Shown: piece after piece, positions 1 to 11,806 of the stretch
How the letters are laid out: the number at the start of each line of letters is the position of its first letter
Position numbering within the stretch: position 1 is the stretch's first letter
Assembly (NCBI GenBank): GCA_032718475.1
Contig: JAUCBJ010001143.1
Coordinates: forward strand, 1-37,322
Direction: 5' to 3'
DNA: 37,322 bases
DNA from: Nemertoderma westbladi
Lineage: Eukaryota > Animalia > Xenacoelomorpha
Made by a program: the position numbers and the translations under genes
The notes under the pieces: generated by a model
The model's database searches: none
What the model saw: the letters and a program-made list of their open reading frames with translations, nothing else
Told to the model about the DNA's origin: nothing

Positions 1-1075
1 AAATGTCTGCTAAGCTGTTTTATCAATGCCGTCATAGAGTACCGGTAGCCTATGTTGTACTTACTGCAATACATGAACAAATGAATACTATAATCTGGAA
101 TACTGGAATATACACAGAGGCTTAAAGGCCTACTGGTACTGTTTTTTTTACTATACCTGTATACAGTACTGCTGTACGGCCATATACAGATAAGTGAGAT
201 GTCGCATAGGTTTGCTGTAGATCACAGGATCAGTAGACAGGCTGACAGGTAGATGTAGATAGTACTCCTACCTACTCAGTCAGTACTGCAGTATGCCAGA
301 TTTGGCCATTGTACTGTACCCTACCAGCCTACCTAACTGCCACAGTACTCCATACTCTGGTACTGAAGGAAAATGTAGTACACTGGTCAGCTGGCACACA
401 TCCAGACATCTGGTACAGATAGCTGCATAGTACTGTAGTACAGTTAGTGCACACAGTAGGCTGTTGTCAGGTTGTAGGCCTACCAAAGTCGTTACGATCT
501 ATACCAAGCATTTGTTGCTGTCAGCCTGTGCAGCTGTAGGCAGGTAGGTAGACCCTGCTATGACTATGCACTGTAAACCCGAAAGAGACATTTCACCATA
601 AGATAGCTGCGCATCTGTCTGCTATATACTATTTAAAGTAAGATGCACGAAATTTTTATGGTGAAATATGTTTCAGGCATTGTGAATAATATAATGTAAT
701 ATATACAAGGAATATCACAACATTGTTATGGTGAAATCAAATACAGCAAAATACAGCTGACAGACATACATGGAATATTTGAGGTTTTTGCCATAAAAAA
801 GTTGTGAAAATAAAATAATACCATAAATAAAAATATGCTAGTCAGTTCGGTTTTCTGGTATGACTGGTATCCTTTATAATAAATACCACAACTTCTGCAC
901 TTCAACTGCCAACATTTAGCAGATGAATTGATCTAACACTAACAATACTGGAATACACTATGTAATACCAGAATACAGCAACACTGGTTCTACTGGCTGA
1001 CCAGTAAAACAAGGATAGTGCTGAACTGCATGCTGATTGATTTCTTCTTTCACCAAGTATTATTAGCAGCATATC

Positions 1076-1157
1076 AAGCAAACAGTTGAGGCGACCCGAA
1101 GGCTCCTCTTTCGATAGATGCTACCGAGGGTAGGGGTGGGCGCTACTATTATCCCAA
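1076..1157 (-). mobile_element. 3'-tail fragment of the tRNA-derived SINE family (or of its partner LINE)
   Basis: aagcaaacagt..gaggcgacccgaaggctcctctttcgatag..gagggtaggggtgggcgctact..atcccaa closely matches 26545-26638 and the reverse complement of about 20731-20824. It supplies the first ~13 codons of ORF 1118..1783. Confidence 0.85.
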
Positions 1158-1783
1158 TCCCATATAATATGAGAACTAACATTATTCGTGGAGCATGTAA
1201 TAAGATAATGCAGTCACATGTTCTGTTCTTTGGTAAACCTAACACACCCCCAGCTTGTGAGCTACCAATGTCATTCCCGCAATTGAATGGTAATTTTCGT
1301 TTAATCCTTGCTGGTTCATTCACTGATAAACATAAATTATTAGCACGTCGTCCAGCCACAGTTAGACGAGATGTTGTTGAGAAACTTTTGGCTTTTTTAT
1401 TGGCTAATAACAGATTGTACAACGATGTTCAATTGCAACAATCAAACTTAGATTCTCTTCCCGCTAATGCAGTTGTTTCTCATATAATTGGAACAGCTGA
1501 TGATGAACTCAGTTTAGAGTTATTGGCAGAGAGTACATCAGCACATACAAGGCCTGAAATTATTACAGACTGTTTGACTGAAGATGATCAAAACGTTATT
1601 CGAAGTGATGCCTCTATGATAGTTTCAGCATTAGTTGAAGAACATGCTGAACGATCTGTTATGGCTGATAACATCACAACAGCTATGCAATTTGTTATTG
1701 ATGTCCCAATTCCTAATGTGGTTTGGAAGAGCCACATAGTAAGGCAGTGTCCCCTAGCATGCGATTTTATTGTAGTCAAATAA
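1118..1783 (+). pseudogene. RepHel N-terminal segment (DUF6570-like)
   Basis: VRRDVVEKLLAFLLANNRLYNDV fits the VRR..V..L..L..NN.LY.D motif found upstream of Rep in Helentron-type proteins. The start codon lies in the SINE fragment, and homology breaks near 1750. Confidence 0.75.
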
Positions 1784-1958
1784 TGTACACTACTTTACAC
1801 TCTATACTCCAAAACCGGTTTGTCCCAATAAAATTTATTTTATAAGAACTACTCTCAGTTAAGTAATAACAGTTTTTATTACTTTTTCAGATTCAGATGC
1901 CACGTTAGTTTGTCGCCGAAGTAGATCTATTTTAGCAGATTGGCAACCTGGTAACCGC

Positions 1959-3134
1959 ATGCTAACACTAGTGAAACAGTTACAAGGTGTTCTTAATAAA
2001 CAACCACTTGAATTCATTAATGATGATGATATCAATGAATTGATGTGTCAGCCGCAGCCCCCTGCCCAGTGTGGTCCATTGAAAGAAAGTGTAGATGGTT
2101 CATATATAACAACTCAATTTGCCTCCAAAGTCAATTTGCACACTCATATTCATACTGCATCTTGTATGAAGAAGTCAGCTGCCGCACCTACAGGTTATTG
2201 TCGATTTCTATTTCCAAAACCTATATTTGCTGAAACAAAGTTTGAGATTGGAAGAGTTGTGCTAGAAAAACATATTGGATGTGAGTGGTTGAACGATTAT
2301 TGTCCTGTGTTAATAGATTTACTGAGATGTAACCACGACTGTAAGATTCTTGTAGGTGCAGCCGCTGGATCTATGCTAGCCTTCTATATTATTAAATATG
2401 TTTCGAAAGCTCAGACTTCCATAGATTCGCAAGAAGCTTTAGTGCTAGCTGCATATGATAGAAGAAAACAGATCGAACAACAGGAATTTGTTGGTGATTC
2501 ACTGAGAAATGCAACTAAGCTTATTAACTCGATAGTTTACAATTTGTCTAGAAAGGAAGAGAGATCGGCTCCTATGGCAGCATTGCTTATTGAAAAAAAG
2601 GGCGAACTATCATATTGCTCCGATACATTTTCACCATTGTTGATGGCACAATGTGAGAAGATTCTTATGTCTGATGAGTATGATGCAAATCTTACTAAAG
2701 CAGACGGTGGTTACCATGTTATAACTCAGTGGGATGATTATGTATTTAGACATGATACTTTATCTAAATTTTCTCTGTATGAGTTTGTTCAACATTATGT
2801 GAAAGTGAAAAGAACTAAACGTACTGAAAGTGATTGCTGTTTACAAGTAGAACATATTCAACATGCAACACATTTGCTGGAAAAACGAAAGACACCAGTG
2901 ATACCAGATCTTATTGGTGGGAGATTTCCTGATGTTCGAATTGTTGAAGAGCGAAACATCTATGCAACAAGAGCGTTGTTATTGTTTAAACCCTTTAGAA
3001 CAGCAGCTGAGTTATTGCCTAGACCTCCTCTTACCTCATGGGGATTATATAGTAAAACAAGCTTTGGACAGAAGTCGACCATGATTTTGGACCATATACA
3101 AGAATTTTACATTGGTCAGGATGAAGCAAAGTAA
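1959..3134 (+). pseudogene. RepHel Rep C-terminal region (Y2 motif 3)
   Basis: HTHIHTASCMKK..CRFLFPKP..WLNDYCPVLIDLLRCNHDCKIL..YIIKYVSK, then DYVFR...SLYEF and LLLFKPFR. The TAA at 3132-3134 is in frame with 3219..3872. Confidence 0.9.
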
Positions 3135-3218
3135 AATGCTGAGGCACTGAGGGAAATAGCTGGGAAGGACACTAATGGTAGTGATGGTAATCCACGGTAT
3201 GAAGTAGATAATTCCGAA

Positions 3219-5115
3219 ATGAGCGATGATGAAGAAGTGGGAAACCGCGAATTGGCTATTGATACTGCTGCTTTGTCGTTGTCACTAGAAATGGAAGACA
3301 TAGACTCACCAGATGTTCAAGTTATAGAAAATACACTTCTGCAAAATGTACTATGTTCAACTAATACTATGAATGTGAATATCATTGAACATATTCCTTT
3401 AAGAGATTTAGAACATCGTATAAATGACATTAACGACCATGTTGATACCTCTGAGGATAACGACCATGTTGATACCTCTGAGGAAATAAACATGAGTAAG
3501 ACACCATTAGGTATCAGTCAAGACAACTTATTACAATTGTTGGAAGATGCTTTTCATGTTTCTGGTCAATACAATAGCACCATTGATGACAATAAAGTTG
3601 CAAATTCTGAAATATTTTATCCCACTCTGGAAATGGTATCACAATCATTCCATATGAATAATAAACAAACTGAGATATTTATTTGTGGTGGGAAAACGCT
3701 TTTGAATGGTATTTGTTCGAAGCCATCTGATTCTCAATTGCTCATGTTTGTAGGTGGAGCTGGTGGGACTGGAAAGAGTCGTACTGTTGATGCCTTCCGA
3801 ACTTTAGCAGCATGTTGGGGAAGTCCAAGAGCTGTTAAAGTTATGGCTCCAACTGGGGTAGCCAGTGTTTAACATTGGTGGTACAACAATTCACAATGCT
3901 TTGTCTATGAGACCTGGTTATAATAAGTTTACAAATAAAGTGCGCAACCAATTAAGAGAAAAATTCAGTGGTGTTAAACTGATCATAATTGATGAGGTAT
4001 CGATGGTATCATGTGCATTTTTAGCAAAGATTAACAAATTCTTGCAGGATGCAATGGACAACGTCGATAAGCCATTTGGTGGTCTAAATATCATCTGTAT
4101 GGGTGATTTCTATCAATTAGCGGCAGTGGCAGCCATATCACTGACAAAGCACGAAGATGAAATGAAGAAAAATGCAAGTGCATTAGAGGGACGTCTTCTC
4201 TGGAAACAATTCAATAAAGTTGTTATATTGAAGGAAAATATGAGATATCTTGATGACCCTTGTTGGGGAAATATGCTAGATGATATTCGTGTTGGTGTTT
4301 GGAACCAAGATGTCATTGATAAAATTAATGAACAGGTCATTACGGCTGATAATTGCAAAGATGTTAATGCAGATTTCTGCCCAGTTATTGTTTCAAGTAA
4401 TACCAATAGGTACCAGATAAATAGAAGCATAACCGCTGCACACAATGGCCGCATTATTCGAGTTTGTGCTGAAATTACTCCACCTAATGCAACAAAATTT
4501 AAACAGATCCGATGCCTACGCGATGATCAATGCAATGGACTGCCACCAGTGCTTGACATGTTTGCTGGTATGCCAGTAATCGTTAATCACAACCTGGCTG
4601 TCAACTTGGGTATTGCTAATGGAACTGTTGGTTGGATTTATCATATCCAGTTTGCAGATAATGAAGAAACATACATTGAAGAGAAGATGTCATTAAAATA
4701 CACGAAAACTATATACCGTGTCAAATCTCTCCCAGAGTGCATATATGTCAAGATTCGAGGTGCAAAGTTTCAAATTGAAGGTTTACCTCAGGGTGTGTAT
4801 CCTGTATTCCCTGCAAACAAGGCCATCAATGTTCGAATTACGGGGAATTATGTACTAAAATCAAATATGACCCAATTCCCATTATCCCCAGCTTTTTCAT
4901 TGACCTGTCATAAAGTCCAAGGGTTGACATTACATCATGTCATGATATCTGATACAGGCTTCAGAGGCCAATGTATGTATGTCGCACTGTCACGAGTCAG
5001 AACATTAAAGGGTCTTCATTTGTTTGAGCCTCTATCCAAAGATAAGGTCAAACGTTATGTTCCAACACGAGATCAAAGAAATGAAATGCAGAGATTGCAG
5101 ATGCAGAGTCTTTAG
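3219..5115 (+). pseudogene. RepHel PIF1-family (SF1B) helicase, frameshift near 3865
   Basis: GGAGGTGKS (Walker A), APTGVA/FNIGGTTIH split by a frameshift, IIIDEVSMV, PFGG..GDFYQL, LKENMR, NGTVG, QFPLSPAFSLTCHKVQGLTL, YVALSRV. No C-terminal AP endonuclease follows. Confidence 0.95.
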
Positions 5116-5149
5116 AACGGGTTTCCAAAGATTGTAAAATTTTATACAG

Positions 5150-5279
5150 CCTTTTTTTTTAATGGAAGATCTAATATATAGATCAAATATTTAGCAAGGG
5201 CTACTACTAGGATCTCTCCTAGTAGTAGCCCTTGCTAAATATTTGATCTATATATTAGATCTTCCATTAAAAAAAAAGG
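5150..5279. repeat. Perfect 63-bp inverted repeat with a 4-nt loop
   Basis: 5150-5212 is the exact reverse complement of 5217-5279; loop TCTC. Confidence 0.97.
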
Positions 5280-6784
5280 TCAGGTCCAGGTCAGGTCAGG
5301 TATTCTAGGTCATTGATCAAGAAAACTTGCCACCTCCATGCAGCATAAAGGAGGTGCCACCTGTAGCTGCATAGACCCTCTTACTAGGGCAAATCTGGTC
5401 CTCTAACTAGGACCCCCTTCGTTCTGGGATAAGGACGCCCTTGGTCCTGGATTAAGGACCCATATACTTGGCTGAAGGGAGAAGTGCGAGACAGACTCAT
5501 TCCAATTCCAGCTCAGAGTCAGACTCAGATCAATCATTGGTTGTAGCACCTCGAGCAATATTCCAGCGATCTGTAAAACGCATACACTACGAGAAGGAGA
5601 GTAGTGAGTCATCTTAATGTTGAACTCTTGCGTGATGAATTAATGACTGACTGATACTGAATTAATAGTAATATTTGTTCTGTAATATTTGTAATAAATT
5701 GCCTTTATTGTCTGTAAACAATAAACAATACAATATCTATAATAGATTGATAGTTGCACTAGAAAAGGGACCTAACTCCATTTTTTATGAAAAACAATGC
5801 TGCTTTTCCTAATATTACAAGATTTCATTGTAGTCTGTTAATTGGTTATCCGAATATTATTGCTTCACAATACTGAAGTTGGTATATAAACTTATCATCA
5901 TCATTATTAAGTCTAAGGATGTAAAAGAAAAAAGGCCTAACTCCATTTTTTTTCGTGAAAAAATAAGTTTTGACCAAGCAACTATTACAGATTAAATTTG
6001 TCTCGCCTAATACAGTTAATGTGTGTTACTGAATATGGTATATCTCCAAATGGCATTTAACCAATCACTTAAACTCGTTTTTCTCGGAATAGTAGTTTTG
6101 TGACTTAGACCCATTTTATTCTAAGGGCGCGATATAGTAATATAATGTAATGATAGATTCTATGAAATATATGTTATTTTAATTTATAGCTCATTACTGA
6201 AAGGTTATGAATGATTGACCTTTAGTTATATTCACTATAAAAACATGCCAGTTTCGCTACATGGAATTCAATTATATTCAAATTCAATTAGATAAATTAG
6301 ATTTTGTAAAATTCTTACCTTACGGTATAACGGCATTTACTTTACACAGTAGTTGTATTTTTAATTAGAATACAATTCATTCAGTGAGGCTGGCAGTATG
6401 GTTCTATTGGAGGAACTCTCATCAATTAGCGATGGCTCTATTACAGGTAAGGATAATTTATCTATTACAAATAATAAATTATTAAATGTGATTATTATTT
6501 CAATATTCCAGATCCGTTATGTTCATAATAACTTGGCTTTGGGGATGGGGCAGGTCTGCGGGGGTTCGATCTGGCTACCCAATACTGATGTGATGAGTGG
6601 AATATGGGTGCAACATTATTGTTAAATTTTCTAAACTTTAATTAAATTTAACTCTTTATACAGTATGTATTTTCATCATGTATAACCATTAATTATTGTA
6701 TCCATATATTATATTATACCACATATAATAATAATAATTACTATAAATTTATACTATATTATTAATATCACATCATTATTAGTA

Positions 6785-7345
6785 TATACATACATACCCC
6801 AAGGAGGGTAGTACAAATAGGCAGTACAGTACGTAACTATAAGATGTAAATAGAGCACACAACAATGAAAAAAGTAATTATAACACTAACTAACAACACC
6901 AAAATAGAGGGTAAAATAAATTCAACCACACAAAACAAAACAAAATAGTTAGAAATTTAAGATGAAAATTCACAAAAAATGAAAAATAACCACGATAAGG
7001 GGAACCGATTCTTGTAAATAACTGAGTGAATTAAATAAGATAGACAACGTTATGAATATCCTGTAGTTCTTCCTTACTGAAGCCGTCCACAGTTAGACAA
7101 CGTTATGAATATCCTGTAGTTCTTCCTTACTGAAGCCGTCCACAGTTAGAGTGCCCGGTGCAAAATACCCCCTAATTCCCGACTTATTAACTCTCCATAA
7201 CTGGTCATCAGTAATTATTGCATAATTTAGGATTTTAATTAAAGCAGGCCTAAGGTACTCAATGTCATGTATCCCACAAGCATTAGAAATCCTACGCAAA
7301 TTGCACCCCAATGTACTCCTACAATCAGAGTACCATAACAAAGAC
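6785..7345 (-). mobile_element. 3' fragment of a CR1/L2-group LINE (ORF2 C-terminus plus 3'UTR)
   Basis: DCRSTLGCNLRRI...WRV...DGFSKEELQDI resembles LINE ORF2 C-termini and is followed by an AT-rich UTR. Boundaries are approximate. Confidence 0.6.
7041..7146. repeat. Perfect 53-bp tandem duplication
   Basis: tagacaacgtt...gtccacagt occurs at 7041 and again at 7094. Confidence 0.95.
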
Positions 7346-7387
7346 GTAAAACGTACAAACGTAAAACACTTTCATTATTACCTGTAT

Positions 7388-7492
7388 AAGTTTTGACTTT
7401 CCTTTTTAATTATCATAATTTACTTGCCATTTTCTTACTGGTTTTTATTATCTTTTTCTTCAAAACCAGTTTTTAATTTCCTTTTTTTTTCG
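7388..7492 (+). repeat. Dispersed repeat block A (other copy 29269-29372)
   Basis: aagttttgacttt...tttcttactggtttttattatctttttcttcaa..ccagtttttaatt is shared with few substitutions. Confidence 0.85.
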
Positions 7493-8034
7493 TATTGGTT
7501 TTTCTTTCCATTTTTTTTTAATAATGCCTGGACTATCGCTAAGCAGCCTTATTGCTGCTCCGATTCGCCTCAGAATATACAATATTATTTTAATCTCTTG
7601 ATAAATTGATATAATTACAGAATACAGAATTATCATAGAATAGATTTTGCAGATTACAGTAGCAGTACCGGTACTGCAGCAAAACTGCAGTTTAGAAAAC
7701 CCTGTTCAGCACTCTCGCAATGGACAATACACATGTAAAACAAATTGCAGATCCGGCAGAATCATTAGTGAGAGCTATCATGTTTAACTGTGCCATGAGG
7801 GAAGATGATATGATTTGTGCAGATTCTTTTGATGGGACATATAAAACAAGGATTTCAGTCTCTCTATGGCGCAGCTTTCGTAATTTCACAGAAAACTGGT
7901 CTAATATTGGATTACGATATTTGTTCGAAATTTTGTAATGTTTGAGGTACCGGTACTGAGCTGGAGCAGGAGGAATCTGTAGCTCACGATTGTGCGATAA
8001 ATATCAATTTGGGAAATTGTGGTTTTTTATTGTG

Positions 8035-8162
8035 GTTCTTCATACCTCTTCCATCCGGTAGCCTAGGAGACCTTGGACCGCCCTGGCCCTGACTGCCTGA
8101 AACATCCGAGTTCCTGAAGGAGATCGGGGCAAGTCTCCACTCTGTCACCCAGGAGCCCCGAT
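8035..8162 (+). mobile_element. Fragment of a CRE-like non-LTR retrotransposon (restriction-like endonuclease end)
   Basis: With a stop and a frameshift it reads YLFHPVA*ETL...SEFLKEIGASLHSVTQEPR, like the F.P.A.ET.G...FL..IG..L...T.EPR C-terminal motif. It forms a local GC-rich island. Confidence 0.55.
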
Positions 8163-8164
8163 TT

Positions 8165-8687
8165 CACAATTCCACTGCTTCCAAACCACAGAACCAATAC
8201 TGTTGGCCTAACAGCCAAAGTATTGGCCTACCATGTACTGAACTGATATAACATTAGAAGGGAAAAGTAGTCAGGCCTATGTTTACAAAATTAATTATGC
8301 TTACACTTAAAATCAAAGCAATAGTAATATAAATGCGGTTACAGTATGCTACCGGCTACCTGCCTTGCTGCCTTATAGGCCTAAACAAATATTAAGAAAA
8401 GTGGTCCGATGGCGTGATCGATCTACACATTCAGGCCATTAGCTATATATAAAATAACACAATACACAAACCCAGAACAGTAATAATGTACAGAATATTG
8501 TTGTTGGTTTGCATATAGGCAGTGCAGGCATAACATGTAACCAAATGATAGCCAAGAGTTTAGCCAATCAATGAAGGCCGCTGTAAAAGCTATCTGCTGG
8601 TGAGTCATTAGTAGCAGAGTGGAATTTATCTTCATAGGGCCTTCAAGAATGTAGAGAAGTTAACTAATATTGGTTAAGATGTAATAC
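8165..8687 (+). repeat. Dispersed repeat block B, ~520 bp (other copy 29536-30056)
   Basis: Alignable from cacaattccactgcttccaaaccaca to agagaagttaactaatattggtta, with a central stretch of about 100 bp identical. Confidence 0.92.
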
Positions 8688-9380
8688 TGTAGGTTCTATA
8701 GGGAAATAGATGGGAAATTCACTGATTGACAAAGGAGTCGCTGGTCCACTAGGATACAGTGCTTTAGATCCACAATAATTTTTTTGTCCGTTGAATTAAT
8801 TAATTATGTCCGGTGATTTTGTCTTTTTATGTCCGCCGAAATTGCTACCGCTAATGCCATTCTCTTTGGCTATTAGTACGGAGCAGTATATTGCAGGTAG
8901 CGAGATATATTGTAGGTAAGGAGAGCCTTACAATTATACTACAATAGATTTGGACTGAGATTCGGTTTAGAGGAACGGTGGTTCTGAGTTAATCAACAAT
9001 TGATTAATGTATCATAAGTTAATAAAGTAATCATTAAGTATCATTTTTATTTGATGTAAGCCGTTTAATTAATAATTTATATTAAAATTATTAACATACT
9101 GTAATTAGTGGTGAGGTAAAGAAAGAGGTAGCACGAGCTTGGAATCTTGATGATGTTTGCAAACAGTTCGCAACGCAACGACAGCGGTTCTATCACATAA
9201 AGAGAGCCGAAAGGCGAGAATAAAGGCACATATAGATAATAATGTTATTTATTATGTAGCTAACCACGAACCAACACTTCCAGATTTACATTTGCTAATA
9301 AAAAAGTCAGAACATATTCTAAAAAATGACATTTTAACAAAAGAGTTTTCAAATAGTTTTGCATTTAATGTAGTTCACAG

Positions 9381-10590
9381 ATTCTTCTGGAATTCTTCTG
9401 GAATTCTTCTGTTTATGTATGCATGTTAGACGCATCTAAAGCGTTTGATCGTGTCAACCATTTCAAATTGTTTCGCAAACTGATAGACCGTGGTGTACCA
9501 TTATACATTGTTCGCATTATTATGTTTTGGTATCGTAACCAACTAGTGCGTGTCTGTTGGGATGGGTTTTTCTCACCATCCTTTTCTGTAACTAACGGAA
9601 CTAGACAAGGTAGTATTATTTCACCATTGCTCTATAATATTTACATTGATGAGTTAAGTAAGGAATTAAATAGTAGCGGTATAGGTTGTTCTATATGTTC
9701 ACTTAGGTTAAATCACTTAATTTATGCCGACGACTTATGTTTGATCTCAAACTCCATTTTTGGTCTGCAGAAATTAATAGATATAGCCGTAGCCTATGCT
9801 ACGTCTAACTCTATTATATTCAATACTAAGAAAACGAAGTGTTTATACTTCATTCATAAATCGTGTGCGTTAACCTCTGTCGCTAGAGTCAAATTGTATG
9901 GTTCCAACATAGAAACTGTTGATAAGTTTAACTATTTAGGGCACGTTATTAGCTCGTCCACTGACGATGACCTAGATATTACACGACAGATGCATCAACT
10001 GTACGCCAGAGGGAATACTCTGGCTAGAAAGTTTTGCCATGCGTCTGTCTATGTTAAAACTGCACTTTTTCGTGCTTACTGTACCCCAATATACTGCAAC
10101 AGCCTATGGGCTAGTAAGAACTACTCACATCGTGCGTACGATAAGATTAGGGTAGCTTACAATAATTGTGCTAGGCTACTGTTTAATATCCCTAGGCTCA
10201 CCGGTGAAGAACCTACAAGTATGTCACTTTCTTTTGGCGAACTACGTTTGCCAATGTTTTGTCACATTACTTATAGATCCTCACAAAGCCTATTAAATAG
10301 AATACTACATTCTGACAACACTATCTTAGGTGGTGTATACAATTTATGTAGACCTTACTCTGTTATATTTAGTTTGCACCAGCACTAGCCTTTTTCGTTT
10401 AACTACGTAATTGCTATTAGAGTTTCGGTGTTTATTATTAATTACTAGTGTGCTATGTATGTATTTTGTAAAGTATTTGTTTGTAAAGTATTTGTTTGTT
10501 TATATCCTTTTTGTTTATGTCCTTTTTGTTTATGTATCTACTATTTTACTATGGGCCCCCGTGGCTTGGAATAAATACAATAATAATAAT
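9381..10590 (+). mobile_element. 5'-truncated CR1-group LINE inserted in the Penelope-like element
   Basis: RT ORF, T-rich 3'UTR, aataaa plus (aat)n tail ending near 10590. ACAGA flanks both sides (possible TSD), and (attcttctgga)x3 sits at the 5' junction. Confidence 0.9.
9423..10388 (+). CDS. LINE reverse transcriptase, uninterrupted C-terminal part
   Basis: LDASKAFDRVNH, GTRQGSIISPLLYNIYID, YADDL, FNTKKT, YLG. Confidence 0.95.
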   Translation: MLDASKAFDRVNHFKLFRKLIDRGVPLYIVRIIMFWYRNQLVRVCWDGFFSPSFSVTNGTRQGSIISPLLYNIYIDELSKELNSSGIGCSICSLRLNHLIYADDLCLISNSIFGLQKLIDIAVAYATSNSIIFNTKKTKCLYFIHKSCALTSVARVKLYGSNIETVDKFNYLGHVISSSTDDDLDITRQMHQLYARGNTLARKFCHASVYVKTALFRAYCTPIYCNSLWASKNYSHRAYDKIRVAYNNCARLLFNIPRLTGEEPTSMSLSFGELRLPMFCHITYRSSQSLLNRILHSDNTILGGVYNLCRPYSVIFSLHQH

Positions 10591-11266
10591 ACAGACGCGC
10601 ACCAACTTTCAGAGACTACTAGCACCTTCCACATACAAAGAACCTCTGACCACACTAGGAACAGGAGTCAACAGTTTAGCAGATGGGGGCGCCTTTCCTT
10701 GCAACAACTGCGTTTATTGTGACAAAATTGAACCCATGGAATTTGTTTCTTCAAAATTGGTGGACCGGCGGAGAAGAATCCCTATAACAGAAAATTTGAA
10801 CTGCAGGAGTACTAATGTAATTTACCTTGTATCATGTTCTAGATGTAATATACAAGCGGTGGGTTCTGCAATTAATTTTAAAGCTAGAATTGCTAATTAT
10901 AAAACACAGATTACAAACAAAAAGAAGCAGACATGTAAGGTTGATCAACATTTTACAAGGGAAGATTTTACAAGGGAAGACATTCATGGGAAGATTTTCA
11001 TATAACACCAATAGATAGTATTAAGGGATACAAGGGAAGGGAACTCAAAATCCAAATGAGAAAGAGCGAGGGTTACTACCAGTGCACACTGCAGACTTTA
11101 GAACCATACGGAATAAACACAATTAATGAAGCAACCGCAAATTTACATGGCTACACAGGTTTTCTTCAAGAAGATTAAAACTTTATATTTATGTTGTTAC
11201 CTAGTTTATTTATACAGTATTTCAATTATTTATTTGTTCTAGAAAATTAATTTGAATTTAAGAATA

Positions 11267-11305
11267 ATACATGAATAAGAGTCACGCTGACTCGAAATAT
11301 CGTAT
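11267..11305 (+). ncRNA. Minimal type I hammerhead ribozyme variant (A3-U8)
   Basis: ATAC-ATGAATA-A-GAGTCA(cgc)TGACTC-GAAA-TA-TC-GTAT: stem I, core, stem II, palindromic mini stem III. Located in the Penelope 3' region. Confidence 0.75.
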
Positions 11306-11524
11306 ACATTTTATTTGTATTGCTTGATATTGGTCTGTCTATATTTTTCGTTCAACACTAGACTATATTTGAGAGACCGGATCATGCTGAACATGGTTGT
11401 TTGAAAAAGCGTTCCTATTACTTGATTTAATTATATATCTATATCTATACATATATATAATAATATTTTAAGATTTCAAAAAGTGACAACTTATGTGATC
11501 AATCACTAAAAATTTATTTTTTTA

Positions 11525-11564
11525 TTATTAGCTTTCGATAGCTCTCTCTATCTTTTTCAAATAA
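11525..11564 (-). ncRNA. Inverted copy of the U3-A8 hammerhead
   Basis: Exact reverse complement of 11807-11846. Confidence 0.75.
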
Positions 11565-11806
11565 ACGATATTCTAGAATTAATGCACTCGTAATAACTCA
11601 GAATTAAAGAGGGAGAATGGCAGTGCCGGTTGGAAACTTTACAACCAATGGGTTTGAATGTTCTCAACGAGGCGGTGATCAATAACTTTGGACTTGATAT
11701 TTTCAATCCTTAAGAATTATAAAGATTAAAGATTCATAGATTTAACAAACTCATTAATTGCTAGGGTAGTATTATTATTTGTAGTGCATTAATTCTAGAA
11801 TATCGT

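Larger units (their letters stand above)
1158..5210 (+). mobile_element. Degenerate Helitron-superfamily element (proto-Helentron/Helitron2-like RepHel)
   Basis: Collinear Rep and PIF1 segments, with a CTAG at 5207-5210 about 90 bp after the helicase stop. The 5' end was not identified. Confidence 0.85.
9110..11400 (+). mobile_element. 5'-truncated Penelope-like element (Neptune-type, C-terminal GIY-YIG), interrupted by a LINE
   Basis: Thumb/linker YYVANHEPTLPDLHLLIKKSEHILKND..VVHR resumes after 10590 as RAPTFRDY/LAPS, then CNNCVYC, LNCRSTNVIYLVSCSRCNIQAVG..FKARIANYK and EGYYQCTLQTLEPYGIN (stop 11176-11178). A ribozyme lies downstream. Confidence 0.9.

Noticed and set aside
1-1060. Short ORF 280..486 and small inverted repeats (tttcaccataa / ttatggtgaaa)
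   Set aside because: Low-complexity cagta/tactg-rich DNA with no coherent element boundaries.
3865-3872. Programmed frameshift between helicase ORFs
   Set aside because: It falls inside a conserved helicase motif with no slippery heptamer, and the element has other lesions.
5300-6135. Possible solo LTR followed by a DNA-transposon end
   Set aside because: Composition is suggestive, but no partner end, TSD or second copy is present in the window.
7665-7958. Insertion with 12-bp TSD gtaccggtactg and a MULE-like DGTYK motif
   Set aside because: gtaccggta recurs elsewhere in the window, and a single 5-aa motif is insufficient.
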